A stretch of DNA of 64,000 nucleotides from Rebecca billardiae RCC1528 (lineage: Eukaryota > Protista > Haptophyta), in NCBI GenBank assembly GCA_965240325.2, contig OZ251225.1, forward strand, positions 1,178,001 to 1,242,000. Reading direction: 5' to 3'. Positions 15,003 through 26,600 of this stretch are shown here, piece by piece (the stretch's first letter is position 1; each line of letters starts with the position of its first letter). Position numbers and translations under genes: made by a program. The notes under the pieces were generated by a model, which did not search any database, was not told the origin of the DNA, and was given only the letters and a program-made list of their open reading frames with translations.

Positions 15003-15422
15003 TCATAGCTCTGTGATGCCAGGATGAGGTGCGTGACTGCGTGCCTTCTTGCTTTCTCTCGGTGGTGGATGTCCGGGCAAGCGGAGGGTGCGCTCGTCCA
15101 CGGGCTCCTCAGACGCAGGCGGGGGGGGCGCAGCGCAGTATATGTCCATCTCCACATGCTCTCCTGCGGGGGCGTTCCCTGCAGTCGGGCCGAGCTCGTT
15201 CTCGAGTGTGAGGCCTGCATTGTCGTGCTCGTCGAGAGTAAGGTTGCTCGCTTCCATCTGCGGTAGGAAAGCAGCGACGCGATCGAGGAGCGAACTGCGG
15301 GGGGGCGGCGCGATGTTCGGCCGAGCGGGCTCCAGAAGCATCGCCGGTGGCCGCGGCAGCGCGTCCCCGGCACCGAGCAGCGCGCGCGAGCGCTGCGCGG
15401 CCTTGCCATCATCGTCGGCCAT
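15003..15422 (-). CDS. NOPCHAP1/C12orf45 (DUF4598)-like small protein
   Basis: SSLLDRVAAFLPQMEASN, HVEMDI and C-terminal PGITEL resemble this family. Confidence 0.65.
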   Translation of the reverse strand: MADDDGKAAQRSRALLGAGDALPRPPAMLLEPARPNIAPPPRSSLLDRVAAFLPQMEASNLTLDEHDNAGLTLENELGPTAGNAPAGEHVEMDIYCAAPPPPASEEPVDERTLRLPGHPPPRESKKARSHAPHPGITEL

Positions 15423-15571
15423 CGTTCCCTGCGAGGACACGGTCGCGACTCGCGAGTGGCGACTGGCAGAGCCGCAGAGTGGCAGCCGGGAGGGCACGGT
15501 GACACTTGGGGGCGACGACCGGCGCCCCCGCCGCCGGCGCACGCCCGCCGACCCGCACGACGGATGTGACG

Positions 15572-16918
15572 ATGGTGACCAGTCTGGCGTTCATCACTGC
15601 GCTCGCGGGCGGCGACGCGTCCATCGTCACCGTGTCTGAGCCCGCGTGCTCGGCCGTCGTGCACGTGCACAGCCCAAAGACCGGAGGCTCGTCGCTCCAG
15701 CGTCTCATCCAAGCCCAGCGGCGCTTTGGCAACTACTCTGACGCCCGCGGAGGGATCGCCCGCGCTCCGAGCGGTGACGGCAGGCTCTTCAGCGTGCCCC
15801 ACCACTGGCTGGGAAGCCCGGACCTGCGCGCGCAAGTGCCGCACATTGCAGTCGAGTTCCACAAAGGCCCGCATGCGCCGATGCACTCGACGAGGAAGCT
15901 GGACTACCTCGCCGTGTTTGACGCCATGCGCCCGAGGCTCGCGGTGGCGAGCCCGCCGTGCTTAGTGGTCACAGTCACGCTGCTGCGCGAGCCGCTGGCG
16001 CATCTGGTCTCGACGTACCTGTACGTGCGACCGAAGAAGCGCGACCAGCAGGACGATCCCGCCAGCGTCGCCGCCGGCCTCGAGGCGTTCCTCGCGCAGA
16101 GACGAGCCGATGGCTTCTGGGGCCCGTTCAATCTGGGCCACCTGGGCGCGGCTGGTATCCGTCGGTTCCTCAGGAAGCCGCTGGAGCTGCCGAACGGCCC
16201 TGACGTGCGCAATCACCCGGCCACGCGCGCGCGGCGAGGCGTGCGTGCCGACGGCGCCGAGCACGACGGGTCGGGCGTGTGGGTCGCGGGCACCGCTCTG
16301 AGTGCCGAGCAGGCCGCCGCCGCGCAACGCGCTCGGGCGCTCGAGCTGCTGCGCCAGCAGGAGGCCACGCTCGCCACCTTCGACGTCGTCGGGCACACCG
16401 AGCGCTTTGCCGAGAGCGCACTGCTGCTCATCGACGCGGCCGGGCTGCAGTGCGCCTGGTGGGCCGACACCAACGTCCGCGGCGAGGGCGGGCGCTCGCT
16501 CGAGAACGACACATTCGGCGCGCTCTTCGATGCCACCTTCCCCGCCCTGCGCGCATGGTATGCGGCGCGGCTCGACGTCTTTGACGCCCGCGTGCGAGCA
16601 CGTGGGCCGACTTTCGCCGCGCGTGTCTCTCGACTGCGCGCCGAGCGTGCTGCGTATGCCGCGCTGCTATGCCGGGCGGAGGGTAAGGACGCGAGTACGT
16701 GCCCTGGGGACCATCGTCAGGGCGCAGCCACTCGGCCGAGGCAGGGCTCGTGGCGGCGTAGGCATCTTCTGGCTCAGCAGCAGCGGCCCTGGCGCAGGAT
16801 GACAGCAGCCGCAGCAGACATCACGGCGTCTGACAGTGCGTCTGACAGTGACGCACGGTCCCCAGCGGCAGTGCCACGCGCCCTCGGAGGACCTTTGGCG
16901 TGCCGCCCCGGCCGGTAG
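15572..16918 (+). CDS. Secretory/Golgi sulfotransferase-like protein
   Basis: Signal-like N-terminus; 5'-PSB-like HSPKTGGSS; 3'-PB-like LLREPLAHLVSTY; FDVVGHTERFAES. Confidence 0.75.
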   Translation: MVTSLAFITALAGGDASIVTVSEPACSAVVHVHSPKTGGSSLQRLIQAQRRFGNYSDARGGIARAPSGDGRLFSVPHHWLGSPDLRAQVPHIAVEFHKGPHAPMHSTRKLDYLAVFDAMRPRLAVASPPCLVVTVTLLREPLAHLVSTYLYVRPKKRDQQDDPASVAAGLEAFLAQRRADGFWGPFNLGHLGAAGIRRFLRKPLELPNGPDVRNHPATRARRGVRADGAEHDGSGVWVAGTALSAEQAAAAQRARALELLRQQEATLATFDVVGHTERFAESALLLIDAAGLQCAWWADTNVRGEGGRSLENDTFGALFDATFPALRAWYAARLDVFDARVRARGPTFAARVSRLRAERAAYAALLCRAEGKDASTCPGDHRQGAATRPRQGSWRRRHLLAQQQRPWRRMTAAAADITASDSASDSDARSPAAVPRALGGPLACRPGR

Positions 16919-18113
16919 GTGCGAACTGCGGACCCTCCGCCCGAGGGGCTGACTGCAGTAGCGGACCCTGGCTCCGGGACCACGTACTGTCTTGCCGACG
17001 GTCCCGGTGGCGAGTGTCAGGCTTTCACTGTACAATTATAATACTAGTCGTCACAATTTTCAGCGTAAGTGTCCTGGGCCTGGCACGGGGGCGTCCGCCG
17101 AGCGACCGTTTGGACATTGAACCGGTCAGGCTTATCTCCTAAACCCCTGGACGGGTAAATCCAGGTCCCCCCCCCCTGGGGGGTCCGGGAGGCCGCGACC
17201 AGTGTCGTCGCTGAGTCCGGGCGGCGTCGCCAAGCGGCGGCTGGAGGAGCGACGGGCGCGTGAGCGTGGCGGCTCGCGGGTATCGCCGGCCTTGTGGCAC
17301 GTAGTCGCGCGTGTGCGCGCCGTCGCATTGCGTGTACAACACCAGACGCTGACTCCCATGCCATTGCCACGCCCTGAAGACTGCCTCCGCACCTTGTGTC
17401 TGCGTTCAAATGCTCACGAAGCTGGCTCGCGCCGCTTGTGGCAGTGCCTAGCGTGCAAGAAGCTGCTACAAGTGGTGCCATAGCACTCAAGACCCGGCCG
17501 TCACGCATGGGGCTAGTCGGGTAGGCTTATCTGTGCTATGGGCGACCAGGAAAGCAGCTCGATCAGTGATCCGTGACTCTGGAAATGTCGTGCGGCACAC
17601 ACCGTTTGAAACGCGAGAGCGCGACGCGTGCCTAACGTGACCTCTTTCAGGCGGCGTGCGGGGTCGGAAGTCCAGCGCGCGTGTACGTATACATTGTGCA
17701 TACATACCCCCACCTCCCCGAGCCATCTCATCGCGCCCAGGCTCCCCACATGTCGAGTCGGCTGGCAGGAAGTGACCGCTCGGCACAAGCTCAAGCCCGC
17801 AAGTGGTTGCGCGCGCCAACCGCAAGGGCGACGAGCGAGGAGAGACATCAGCGGGCTGCTTTGTCGACGTTCCCCTACGTCTTGGGGCCCGCCCCGCCCA
17901 GCGTGCCGCCACGGAACGCCCCGCAATCGACCGCTAGGACGCTCGGCGAGCACGCACCCACCGCCGCCACGGCAGCCGTCCCCCGAGCCAGGGGTGTAGG
18001 GGACAAGCATCAGGTTCATAATTACTCCGCCGGGAGGAGAGGCTTTGCTGCGATTCAAAGTTGCAGCGGTTGCTCCAAACTCCTCGACGCTGCTGCCGAG
18101 GATCGCAACGAAC

Positions 18114-20161
18114 ATGCCGTCGCCGAGCATGCCCGCCTCGAGCCCGCCCTTGGCGGAGGCCAGCGAGGTGTTGCCATACACGGGCAAGCGCCGCGCGCGT
18201 ATGCGCCTTTCGAGCCCCGTCGATGTGTACGTGCGCTGCACCCTCGTCCGCCTCGAGGATGTGCATGTCAACGCGGGCACGTTTGATGCCGAGGTGCGCG
18301 TGGAGGCGCGGTGGCGCGATGAGATGCTCGAGCACGTGACGGAGCCGCTTCCGTTCGCTCACATCGACGACTTTGGGTTCGAGACGCTCGAGTGCACGGT
18401 CTTCCGCCAGCGCGTAAAGATCGACGGGCCGCGTCTCGTGTTTGCCAACCTGGTGCAGCTCTTCGAGTCGCGCTGTCGATGTGTCAACCTCGTCGCGGAG
18501 AAGGCGAGGCGGCCGGACGGGGTGCGCTGCAACCTCTGCATCACCGGCGTCTTCTTCGGGCGATTTCGCGGCGCGTTCGACGTCTCGAACTTCCCGTTCG
18601 ACTCGCAGGCCGCGCACATCGTCCTGCGCTCTATGCGCGTGCACCCAGACACCTGGCGGGTGCACGGCCCGCCGACGCTGTACGCACACCCGATGCACGT
18701 GCAGCTGTTGCCGGAGACCGCACCCGAGTGGCGCAACGACGTGTCGCCCTCGGTGGCCACGACACAGCTCGAGCAGGAGTACGTCCTGCCGGCCGATCTC
18801 GACGTTCAGCCGGCCGTGACCCTGCGCGAGATGTCGCCCTCGCTGCTCGAGCACTCAGAGCTGCACGTGCTCATCCGGCTGCGGCGCCGCTCGCGCCCGT
18901 GGGTGACCAACGTGCTCGGCGTGCTCGCGGCGATCGTGCTGTGCTCGTTCTCGGCCCTGCTCCTCCCTGCGAGGGACGCAGGCGCGCTGAGCGTGAAGCT
19001 CGTGATCGTGGGCGCCGCGCAGGTCGCGCTCGCAGCATTCAGGGTGCGCCATCGCCCCGCGCGCATGAGCGAGCGCGCGGTGCCACTGGTGGCAGCTCGC
19101 GGCCTAGCCGTCGCCGTGACACGCGCCCCGCCCGCCCCGCCTTCTCCGTGCAGGCTTCCTTCCGGGCGCGCATGCCGACCTTGGCGCCGTCGACGTGGGT
19201 GGATACGTACTTCAACCTGTGCGTGCTCACGCTGGTCGTCCTGCTCGCGGCCCAGTGCGCGGCATTCGTGCTCAGCTGCAGGGAGGACGCGCGCACAGGG
19301 GATGCGGGCGCGTCGCGAGCGCTCTCCGCGGCGCGGCAGCTGCTCGAGGCGCGCAGCCGGCGCTTGGTGACCCGACGCCGCCCACACGTCGACATGCCGC
19401 CGCCCCTGCCTCCGCCATCCTCGCCGCCCGCGCTGCTGCCCGCTGCGGCGACGACTCACGGCGGCGGGGGTGCCGATCCCAGCGCGAGCGCTGATGCTGG
19501 CTCGACGAGTGCGCACTGGTGTCTTCTGCCGTCGGCTGAGCTCGACGTCATCGTCGCTTGCGTCGTCGTCGGCTGTTGGCTCGCCTGGCACGCCGTCTAC
19601 GCCTGGCGTGTTCACCAACACCGCTCGCGCCCCGCCCTCATGCCAGCACAGGAGCCGGGGCAGTTGGGGGCGGGTGCCAAGGGCCCGGCTCCTCCGCCCA
19701 GCCTGAGCTGCTCGTCGCCGGTAGGAAGCGGGACCGCGCTCGTCGGCTGGAAGAGCGAGAGCTCGACCGGGGCGGTGATCCGCGCGACAGAGGTCTCCAT
19801 GGCGGCACCTCGCGCTCCCACCACTGGCAGGAGCGGCAGCGGTGGCCCCGCGCGCACCAGCGACGCAGGCGGGGGCAGCAGTCGCGAGCGCGGAAATCCA
19901 TTCCCACCGCATCACCCGCCTGGCGTGCCGCCGAATCCAGCATCAAGTCCGCAGACCCCTCGGCCGCCGCCGCCACCGCAAGCATGTGGCTCTTCGTCAC
20001 CCGCAGCACCATCGTGCACGGCATCGGTGACGCCGACGCTCGGCCCTCGGCCTCCGAAGACGGCAGTGCTCCCGCCAACGGCAACGTCAGCAATGGCGGG
20101 CGCGGGCTCACAGGGTCGGGGACCGGGACGGCGGCATCAGCATCAACCCCAGATGTTCTGA
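18114..20161 (+). CDS. Pentameric ligand-gated ion channel-like subunit (Cys-less Pro-loop); intron at 19044-19153
   Basis: Beta-rich extracellular domain (GTFDAEVRVEARWRD), FDVSNFPFDSQ, LRRR before TM1, four hydrophobic segments after splicing, and MPTLAPSTWVDTY in the M2-M3 loop. Confidence 0.75.
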
Positions 20162-20706
20162 CGACGAACAAGAAATGCGCAGCACTAGGAGATACTAAGC
20201 GATGCCGTCGGTAACGTCGAATCGGCATGCAGTCAGAGTCTACGTATTAACTGATTTTATTAATTCAAATTATTTATTAATTTTCGCCGCGGCGGTATAC
20301 TTTTTAAACAGTAATATAATCAGAAATATAATTTTATTATATATATATACTAAAATAATATAAAGATGGCGGGCTCCGCGAACTCGTCCGAGCCCGCGGC
20401 CAGTCCGCGACGTGACTCTGATGACTGATCTGAGGACTCCGCGCCGATTGACGAGGCCGCCCCCGCACTCCGCAGGCCCGTCAGCCCGTCTACGGTCTAG
20501 CACTTAGCAGTCGGTTACGGCATGCAGTGATTCATGCACGGCCCGGCACTGGCAAGTGGCAGCCCTGATGTCCCGGAGGCGGGACTCCGGACAGTGGCTC
20601 TGTTGGCAGCCCGGCTGGCGCCTCGTCGCGGAGCCTAGTTTAGTCTGTTTAGTATGTAGTTATGAAATGACATGGCCGTAGCGCTCGGCTTCAGATGACA
20701 GATTGG

Positions 20707-21792
20707 TCACTTTGCAGCGCGCTGTCGCTCGAAGATGCGCGAGCAGCGTGCGTCGCCCGTCACGATCTCCAGCACCATCTTGTCGCTGCGCTTGTCGAGA
20801 TGGCGGCGGAACTCAGTGAGCTTGACATCCGTCCGCTTGCGGTCGCGCGGCCTGCAGTGCGTGACGAGCACCTCGCCCTCCCAAAACGTCTCCTTGAGCA
20901 CGGGCTGGCCATCGATCTCGTCCTCGGTGGTGCCGCCCACGATCAGTGTCTCGACCTTCTTGCCGATCGGCGTCTGCATCGAGAACTCCCACACGTCGGG
21001 GTCGACCTGAACCCACTCCTGCACCGGCTTCAGCTTGATCGCCACCTGCCGCTTGGCCCACGGCACACCCGTCGCCTCGAGGTACTCCTTGAACTTGACC
21101 GACTGCGACAGCGCCCACACGCCGGTGAAGTCCACGTCAGGTGTGCGCGAGGCGCTCAGCTGCGGCGCAGCCGATGCGGCGGACGAGGCAGAGTGCGCCT
21201 GCGCCTGCGGCTGCGGCTGCGTCTGCGCCTGCGGCTGTGGCTGTGGGGATGGCACGGGCTGCTCCCCGGCTGCCCTGGCCACTGGCTGCACGGGCTGTGG
21301 CTCCGGGTGTGGCTGCTGCTGTGGCTGCGGTGGCGGCTGTGGCTGTGCGGATGGCGGTGGCTCAGGACGGACGTGCTGCTCTTCCGCATGCAGCTGTGAG
21401 CCGCGCGACGGCGTGGAAGTCGGCTGTGACGCGAAGCTGTGAGCTGGCGGCGACGTCACCGGCGAGGCCTGTGGCGTTGACCACTGGTTTGCGGGGCTCG
21501 ATGGCAGCTGCAGCGTGGAGTCAGCAGCAGATCTCGAGGTCTCGAGATGTCCCATCGAAGCGCTCCGAGCGCCCACGGCCGCAGCCATTGCCTCCTCGGT
21601 GATGGGATCCGGTCCGGCAACCAGCCGCCACATGGCGGTCAGGTTCTGTGCAGTGGCCTCGAGCTCTGCGATCAGCCGCGCATTCTCCTGGTCGCGCTGC
21701 TCGCATCGCGCCTTGAGCTCGGCGACAGCCGCCTCGAGCTCGCGGATGTGCGAGGTGTTTGTCGTGATCTGGGCGACAAGCGGCGTCGCCAT
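20707..21792 (-). CDS. Coiled-coil plus Pro/Gln linker plus C-terminal FABP/iLBP-like calycin domain
   Basis: DFTGVWALSQSVKFKEYLEATGVPWAKRQVAIKLKP ... EIDG ... MVLEIVTGDARCSRIFER follows the FABP pattern. Confidence 0.75.
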   Translation of the reverse strand: MATPLVAQITTNTSHIRELEAAVAELKARCEQRDQENARLIAELEATAQNLTAMWRLVAGPDPITEEAMAAAVGARSASMGHLETSRSAADSTLQLPSSPANQWSTPQASPVTSPPAHSFASQPTSTPSRGSQLHAEEQHVRPEPPPSAQPQPPPQPQQQPHPEPQPVQPVARAAGEQPVPSPQPQPQAQTQPQPQAQAHSASSAASAAPQLSASRTPDVDFTGVWALSQSVKFKEYLEATGVPWAKRQVAIKLKPVQEWVQVDPDVWEFSMQTPIGKKVETLIVGGTTEDEIDGQPVLKETFWEGEVLVTHCRPRDRKRTDVKLTEFRRHLDKRSDKMVLEIVTGDARCSRIFERQRAAK

Positions 21793-22015
21793 GGCTCCCG
21801 GGTCCTGCGGGCCCGACAGCGATGAAGCGGCGACACAGCGACGAGCTCGGAAAGGAGGCGGCGGCCCGTTCACCGGCTTGGCGATTCCTCGCGACCGAGC
21901 GCGTCACCAGGGAGCCAGGACCAAAAGAATCCACGATGGCGGACGAACGCGCCCCTTGCGCTGAGGAATTCCTCGCGCTGAGAGCGGGGTGGGTGGGCCG
22001 GGCGGGGGATGCGCG

Positions 22016-23329
22016 ATGCGCCTCGGCGGGCTGCTAGGAGCGCTCGTCGTGCACGTGGCCCGGCCGGGGCCGCGCTTCTCGCACCCCACGCCGCGCGCGC
22101 ACATATGGGCGAGTGCATTCCCGCCCACGCCGTCATCGCACGCGGCGGGCGTCGACGCCGAGCTTGAGGCGGACCAGGTGCGCTCCAACGTGCTCACCCG
22201 AGCCGCGCGCATCGGCGAGGGTGCGGCTGAGGCCATGCGGAAGGAGGAGCGCAAGAAGCGCGCTCTCGAAAAGGAGGCGGAGCAGGCGAGCCAATCCGAG
22301 GAGCTCGCCCAACGTGCCGAGCTCATCATCGCCAATCTCGCCACCATGAAGGAGCGGCAGACCGGCGACGGCGGCCGGCACATCCGCGTGCAGGACTGGA
22401 CCGAGGTGGACGCGGACGGCAACCCGGCGGAGCGCGTGGTGGTGATCGACGCGGGGTACAGCTCGGCGCGCGAGTGGGCAGAGGCGGCGTTCAAGAAGGC
22501 GCGGCGCATGCGCCGCGGCTCGGCCGCGCTCGTGCCCCTGATCGAGCAGTCGACGCGCGCCATTGCGGCCCTGGATGAGCTCGTGGCGCGTGCGGCCGGC
22601 GCGGCGGAGGTGAGCGGCGACGGCCTGGCCGAGGCGGTGAGCACGCTGGAGTCGCGCGCGCGCAAGCTCGGCGTCGAAGTACCCGCCGCCGACGACGACG
22701 ACGCCGACGCCGATCGGCGCGGCGGTGCGCGGCGCGGCGACGGCCGCGCCAAGGTTGGCACGGCCGGGCGCGCTCCGACCACGGGGCGCGGCTCGTCATT
22801 GCGCGAGTGGACGGGGCGTCGGTTCCTCTCGCCCGGCGGGGTGCCGATCCTCGTCGGGCGGAACAAGCGTGAGAACGAGCAGCTCTCGCTCGTCATCGCT
22901 CGGCACCCCGACGTCTGGATGCACGTGCGCGAGGCCCCGGGCGCGCACGTCGTGCTGCAGCTCTCGCGCAACGCCAAGGGCAAGCACGGCGAGCCCGAGC
23001 CCGAGGACGAGTGCGTGCAGATGGCGGCCAACCTGGCAGCATTCTACTCGGACCTGCGGCACGAGCGGAAGGCGCTCGTCACGCTCGCGAGCCCCAAGTA
23101 CCTTTGGAAGCCGAAGGGCGCGCCGCCCGGCGCGATCGGCGTGCGGCAGGTGCACGGCAGCCACGTCGCCTTCCCGATGGACGTGCCGGAGGAGTGCAAG
23201 GAGGCGCGCGCGCAGGCGCCGGACGACTGGGGCGAGACGCGCGTCGGCGACCGCGCCGGCGCGTCGGGAGCGGAGGCGCCGACGGGTGGCGGGCGCAAGC
23301 GCAAAGGAAGCAAGCGGAAGCGGGGCTGA
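22016..23329 (+). CDS. NFACT-R (DUF814) domain protein, RqcH/FbpA-related
   Basis: AEAAFKKARRMRRG coiled coil; ILVGRNKRENEQL, DVWMHVREAPGAHVVL, AANLAAFYS and KPKGAPPG. Confidence 0.85.
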   Translation: MRLGGLLGALVVHVARPGPRFSHPTPRAHIWASAFPPTPSSHAAGVDAELEADQVRSNVLTRAARIGEGAAEAMRKEERKKRALEKEAEQASQSEELAQRAELIIANLATMKERQTGDGGRHIRVQDWTEVDADGNPAERVVVIDAGYSSAREWAEAAFKKARRMRRGSAALVPLIEQSTRAIAALDELVARAAGAAEVSGDGLAEAVSTLESRARKLGVEVPAADDDDADADRRGGARRGDGRAKVGTAGRAPTTGRGSSLREWTGRRFLSPGGVPILVGRNKRENEQLSLVIARHPDVWMHVREAPGAHVVLQLSRNAKGKHGEPEPEDECVQMAANLAAFYSDLRHERKALVTLASPKYLWKPKGAPPGAIGVRQVHGSHVAFPMDVPEECKEARAQAPDDWGETRVGDRAGASGAEAPTGGGRKRKGSKRKRG

Positions 23330-23670
23330 CCAGCTGGACATTGCTTCTACTGTCATTTGATAGCGTCGCGGGTGGTGGGGCGCCAGCTCTCCGTCCAGTG
23401 GACTTGTTCCGATTTGACATATTGAGTTCCGCCGGCTGCGGTCGCTCGCTTGGCTGGAAGCGTGGAAGAAGAAAATGGTAGCTGCGGAAACTCTGCTGCA
23501 AAACTTTAAACTCCGCCCTGTTTTTTCTGGTTTTTTGTGAGTAGGAGAGCGACCAACCGTCGCCCGGCCCCAGCCATCGCGCCACGCGCCACCGCTGCAC
23601 GCGTTGCGCCCACGCGCTGTGGCGCGAGCGCGCGCACGCTCAACCACCTATCAAGACCGAACGATCGGCA

Positions 23671-26600
23671 ATGCAGAACGGGACACCGACCAAGGCGCCG
23701 CCGCTGCGCCACGAGGTGTCGGGGATCAAGCGGAAGTCGCCAGTCTTCTGCACGGATGACCTCCTCCGCGTCAAGCGCGCCTCACGCGTAGACAGCTTCA
23801 CCGGTATGCGCCGCCGCTGGCGGCGCGCGCATGCGGGAGCGCGCGCGCGCGCACTCCGCGCAGCGGCCCACCCGCGCGGCGACACGCCCGCCCTGCCTGC
23901 CGCCGCCCGCTGCCTCACCTGGCGCGCGCAGGCGATGCGACTGACTTCATCACGCAAGGCACGAAGGCCGAGCTGCACCTCGAGGACGGCACCGTCATGG
24001 CGGGCTGGTCGTTCGGCTCGAAGCGCTCGGTGTCAGGCGAGGTCGTGTTCAACACCGGCATGGTCGGCTACCCCGAGGCGCTGTCGGACCCGTCGTACCG
24101 GTGCGGGCGCCGCGCCGCGCGCGGGTGTCCAGCGCCGCGCCCGGCGCGGGCGCTCGCGCGCCTCCCCGCCCCCCGGGCGCGCTTCCTCGCCTCGCCACGC
24201 CGCGCGCTGAGCACGCCGGCCGGGCCCTGTGCTGCGCCGCGCTCCCCGCGCGGCCGCCGCCGCGCAGCGGCCAGCTGCTCGTGCTCACGTACCCAATCAT
24301 CGGCAACTACGGCGTGCCGCCGAGCGAGAAGAAGGACTCGTTCGGGCTGCCCGAGTACTTCGAGTCCGACGATATCCACGTGACCGCGCTGCTGGTGAGC
24401 GACTACTCGGCCGAGCCGTGCCACTGGAACCTGACGCACACGCTGGCGGCGTGGCTGCAGCGGCACAACGTGCCCGCGCTGTTCGGGCTGGACACGCGCG
24501 CGCTGACGAAGCGGATCCGCGAGAAGGGCGCGATGCTGGGCAAGATCGTCTTCGCGCCCGACACAGCCGCCTCCGTGCCGCAGGTCGACCCGAACAAGCT
24601 CAACCTGGTCGCGCAGGTGTCGACCAAGGCGCCGCGGCTGTTCGAGCCGCCGCCCTCGGTCGAGCGCCGGCTGCTCAACGGCAAGTCGGTGCGGATCGTG
24701 GCGATCGACTGCGGGATGAAGTTCAACATCATCCGGTACTTCATGAAGCAGGGCGTCGAGCTCCTCGTCGTGCCGTGGGACCACGACATCACCAGCGAGC
24801 CGTACGACGGGCTGTTCATCTCGAACGGGCCGGGCGACCCGTCGATGGTCTCCAAGGCGGTCGCGCACGTGCGGCACGCGCTCGAGGGGGACAAGCCGAT
24901 CTTCGGGATCTGCCTGGGGAACCAGATCCTCGCGCTCGCCGCGGGCGCGCGCACGTACAAGATGAAGTACGGCAACCGCGGCATGAACCAGCCGTGCGTC
25001 GACACGCGCACGGGCCGGTGCTACATCACCGCGCAGAACCACGGCTTTGCGGTCGACTCGACGTCGCTGCCGCCCGACTGGCAGCCCTTCTTCATCAACG
25101 GGAACGACCAGACGAACGAGGGGGTGATCCACCACACCAAGCCGTTCTTCTCCGTCCAGTTCCACCCCGAGGCCTCCGGCGGCCCCACCGACACCGACTT
25201 CCTCTTCGACATGTTCCTGGACAAGATCTACCTCGGCAAGCCGCCCGTCACGATCTCGTACACCGCGCCCAAGCCGTACGTGAAGAAGGTGCTGCTGCTC
25301 GGCTCGGGCGGGCTGAGCATCGGGCAGGCGGGCGAGTTCGACTACTCGGGCTCGCAGGCGATCAAGGCCCTCAAGGAGATGGGCGTGTACACCGTGCTCA
25401 TCAACCCGAACATCGCGACCGTGCAGACGTCGCACGGGCTGGCGGACAAGGTGTACTTCTACCCGCTCACGCACGACTACGTGTGCGCCGTGATCGAGAA
25501 GGAGGGCCCCGACGCGATCCTGCTGCAGTTCGGCGGGCAGACGGCGCTCAACTGCGGGATCGAGCTGGAGAAGTCGGGCGTGCTCGCCGAGCACGGCATC
25601 CAGGTGCTCGGCACCCCCGTCGACGCGATCATCGCGACGGAGGACCGCGAGATCTTCACGCAGAAGCTCGCCGAGATCAACGAGTTTGCCGCGCCCTCGG
25701 CCGCCGCCAACTCGGTCGGCGAGGCGGTGGCGGCGGCGGCGAGCATCGGGTACCCGGTGATCCTGCGCGCTGGGTTCGCGCTCGGCGGGCTCGGCTCCGG
25801 CTTCGCCAACAACGAGGAGGAGTGCCGCGAGCTCGCCACCAAGGCGTTCGCCAACTCGCCGCAGGTGCTGGTCGAGCGCTCGCTGCGAGGCTGGAAGGAG
25901 ATCGAGTACGAGGTCGTGCGCGACGGCAAGGACAACTGCATCACCGTGTGCAACATGGAGAACTTCGACCCGCTCGGGATCCACACGGGCGACTCGATCG
26001 TCGTCGCGCCCTCGCAGACCCTCTCCAACTCGGAGTACTACAAGCTCCGCTCCACCGCGATCAAGGTCGCGCGCCACCTCGGGATCGTGGGCGAGTGCAA
26101 CATCCAGTACGCGCTCGACCCGCTCTCGGAGACCTACTACATCATCGAGGTGAACGCGCGGCTCTCGCGCTCGTCCGCGCTCGCGTCGAAGGCGACGGGG
26201 TACCCGCTCGCGTACGTCGCCGCCAAGATCGCCCTCGGCGTGCCGCTCACCGAGATCCGCAACTCGGTCACGCGCAAGACGATGGCGTGCTTCGAGCCGT
26301 CGCTCGACTACGTGGTGGTCAAGATCCCGCGCTGGGACCTGCAGAAGTTTGCGCACGTGGGCAAGCTGCTCGGCTCGTCGATGAAGTCGATCGGCGAGGT
26401 GATGGCGATCGGCCGGAGCTTCCCCGAGGCGATGCAGAAGGCCATCCGCATGGCCGTGCCCAGCTGCGAGGGCTTCGAGTCCAACGCCGACGTGCGCGCA
26501 TACTCGACCGACGAGCTCGAGCAGCACCTCACCGAGGCGTCGGACCAGCGCGTGCACGTGATCGCCGAGGCGCTCAACCGCGACATGGAGGTGCAGCGCG

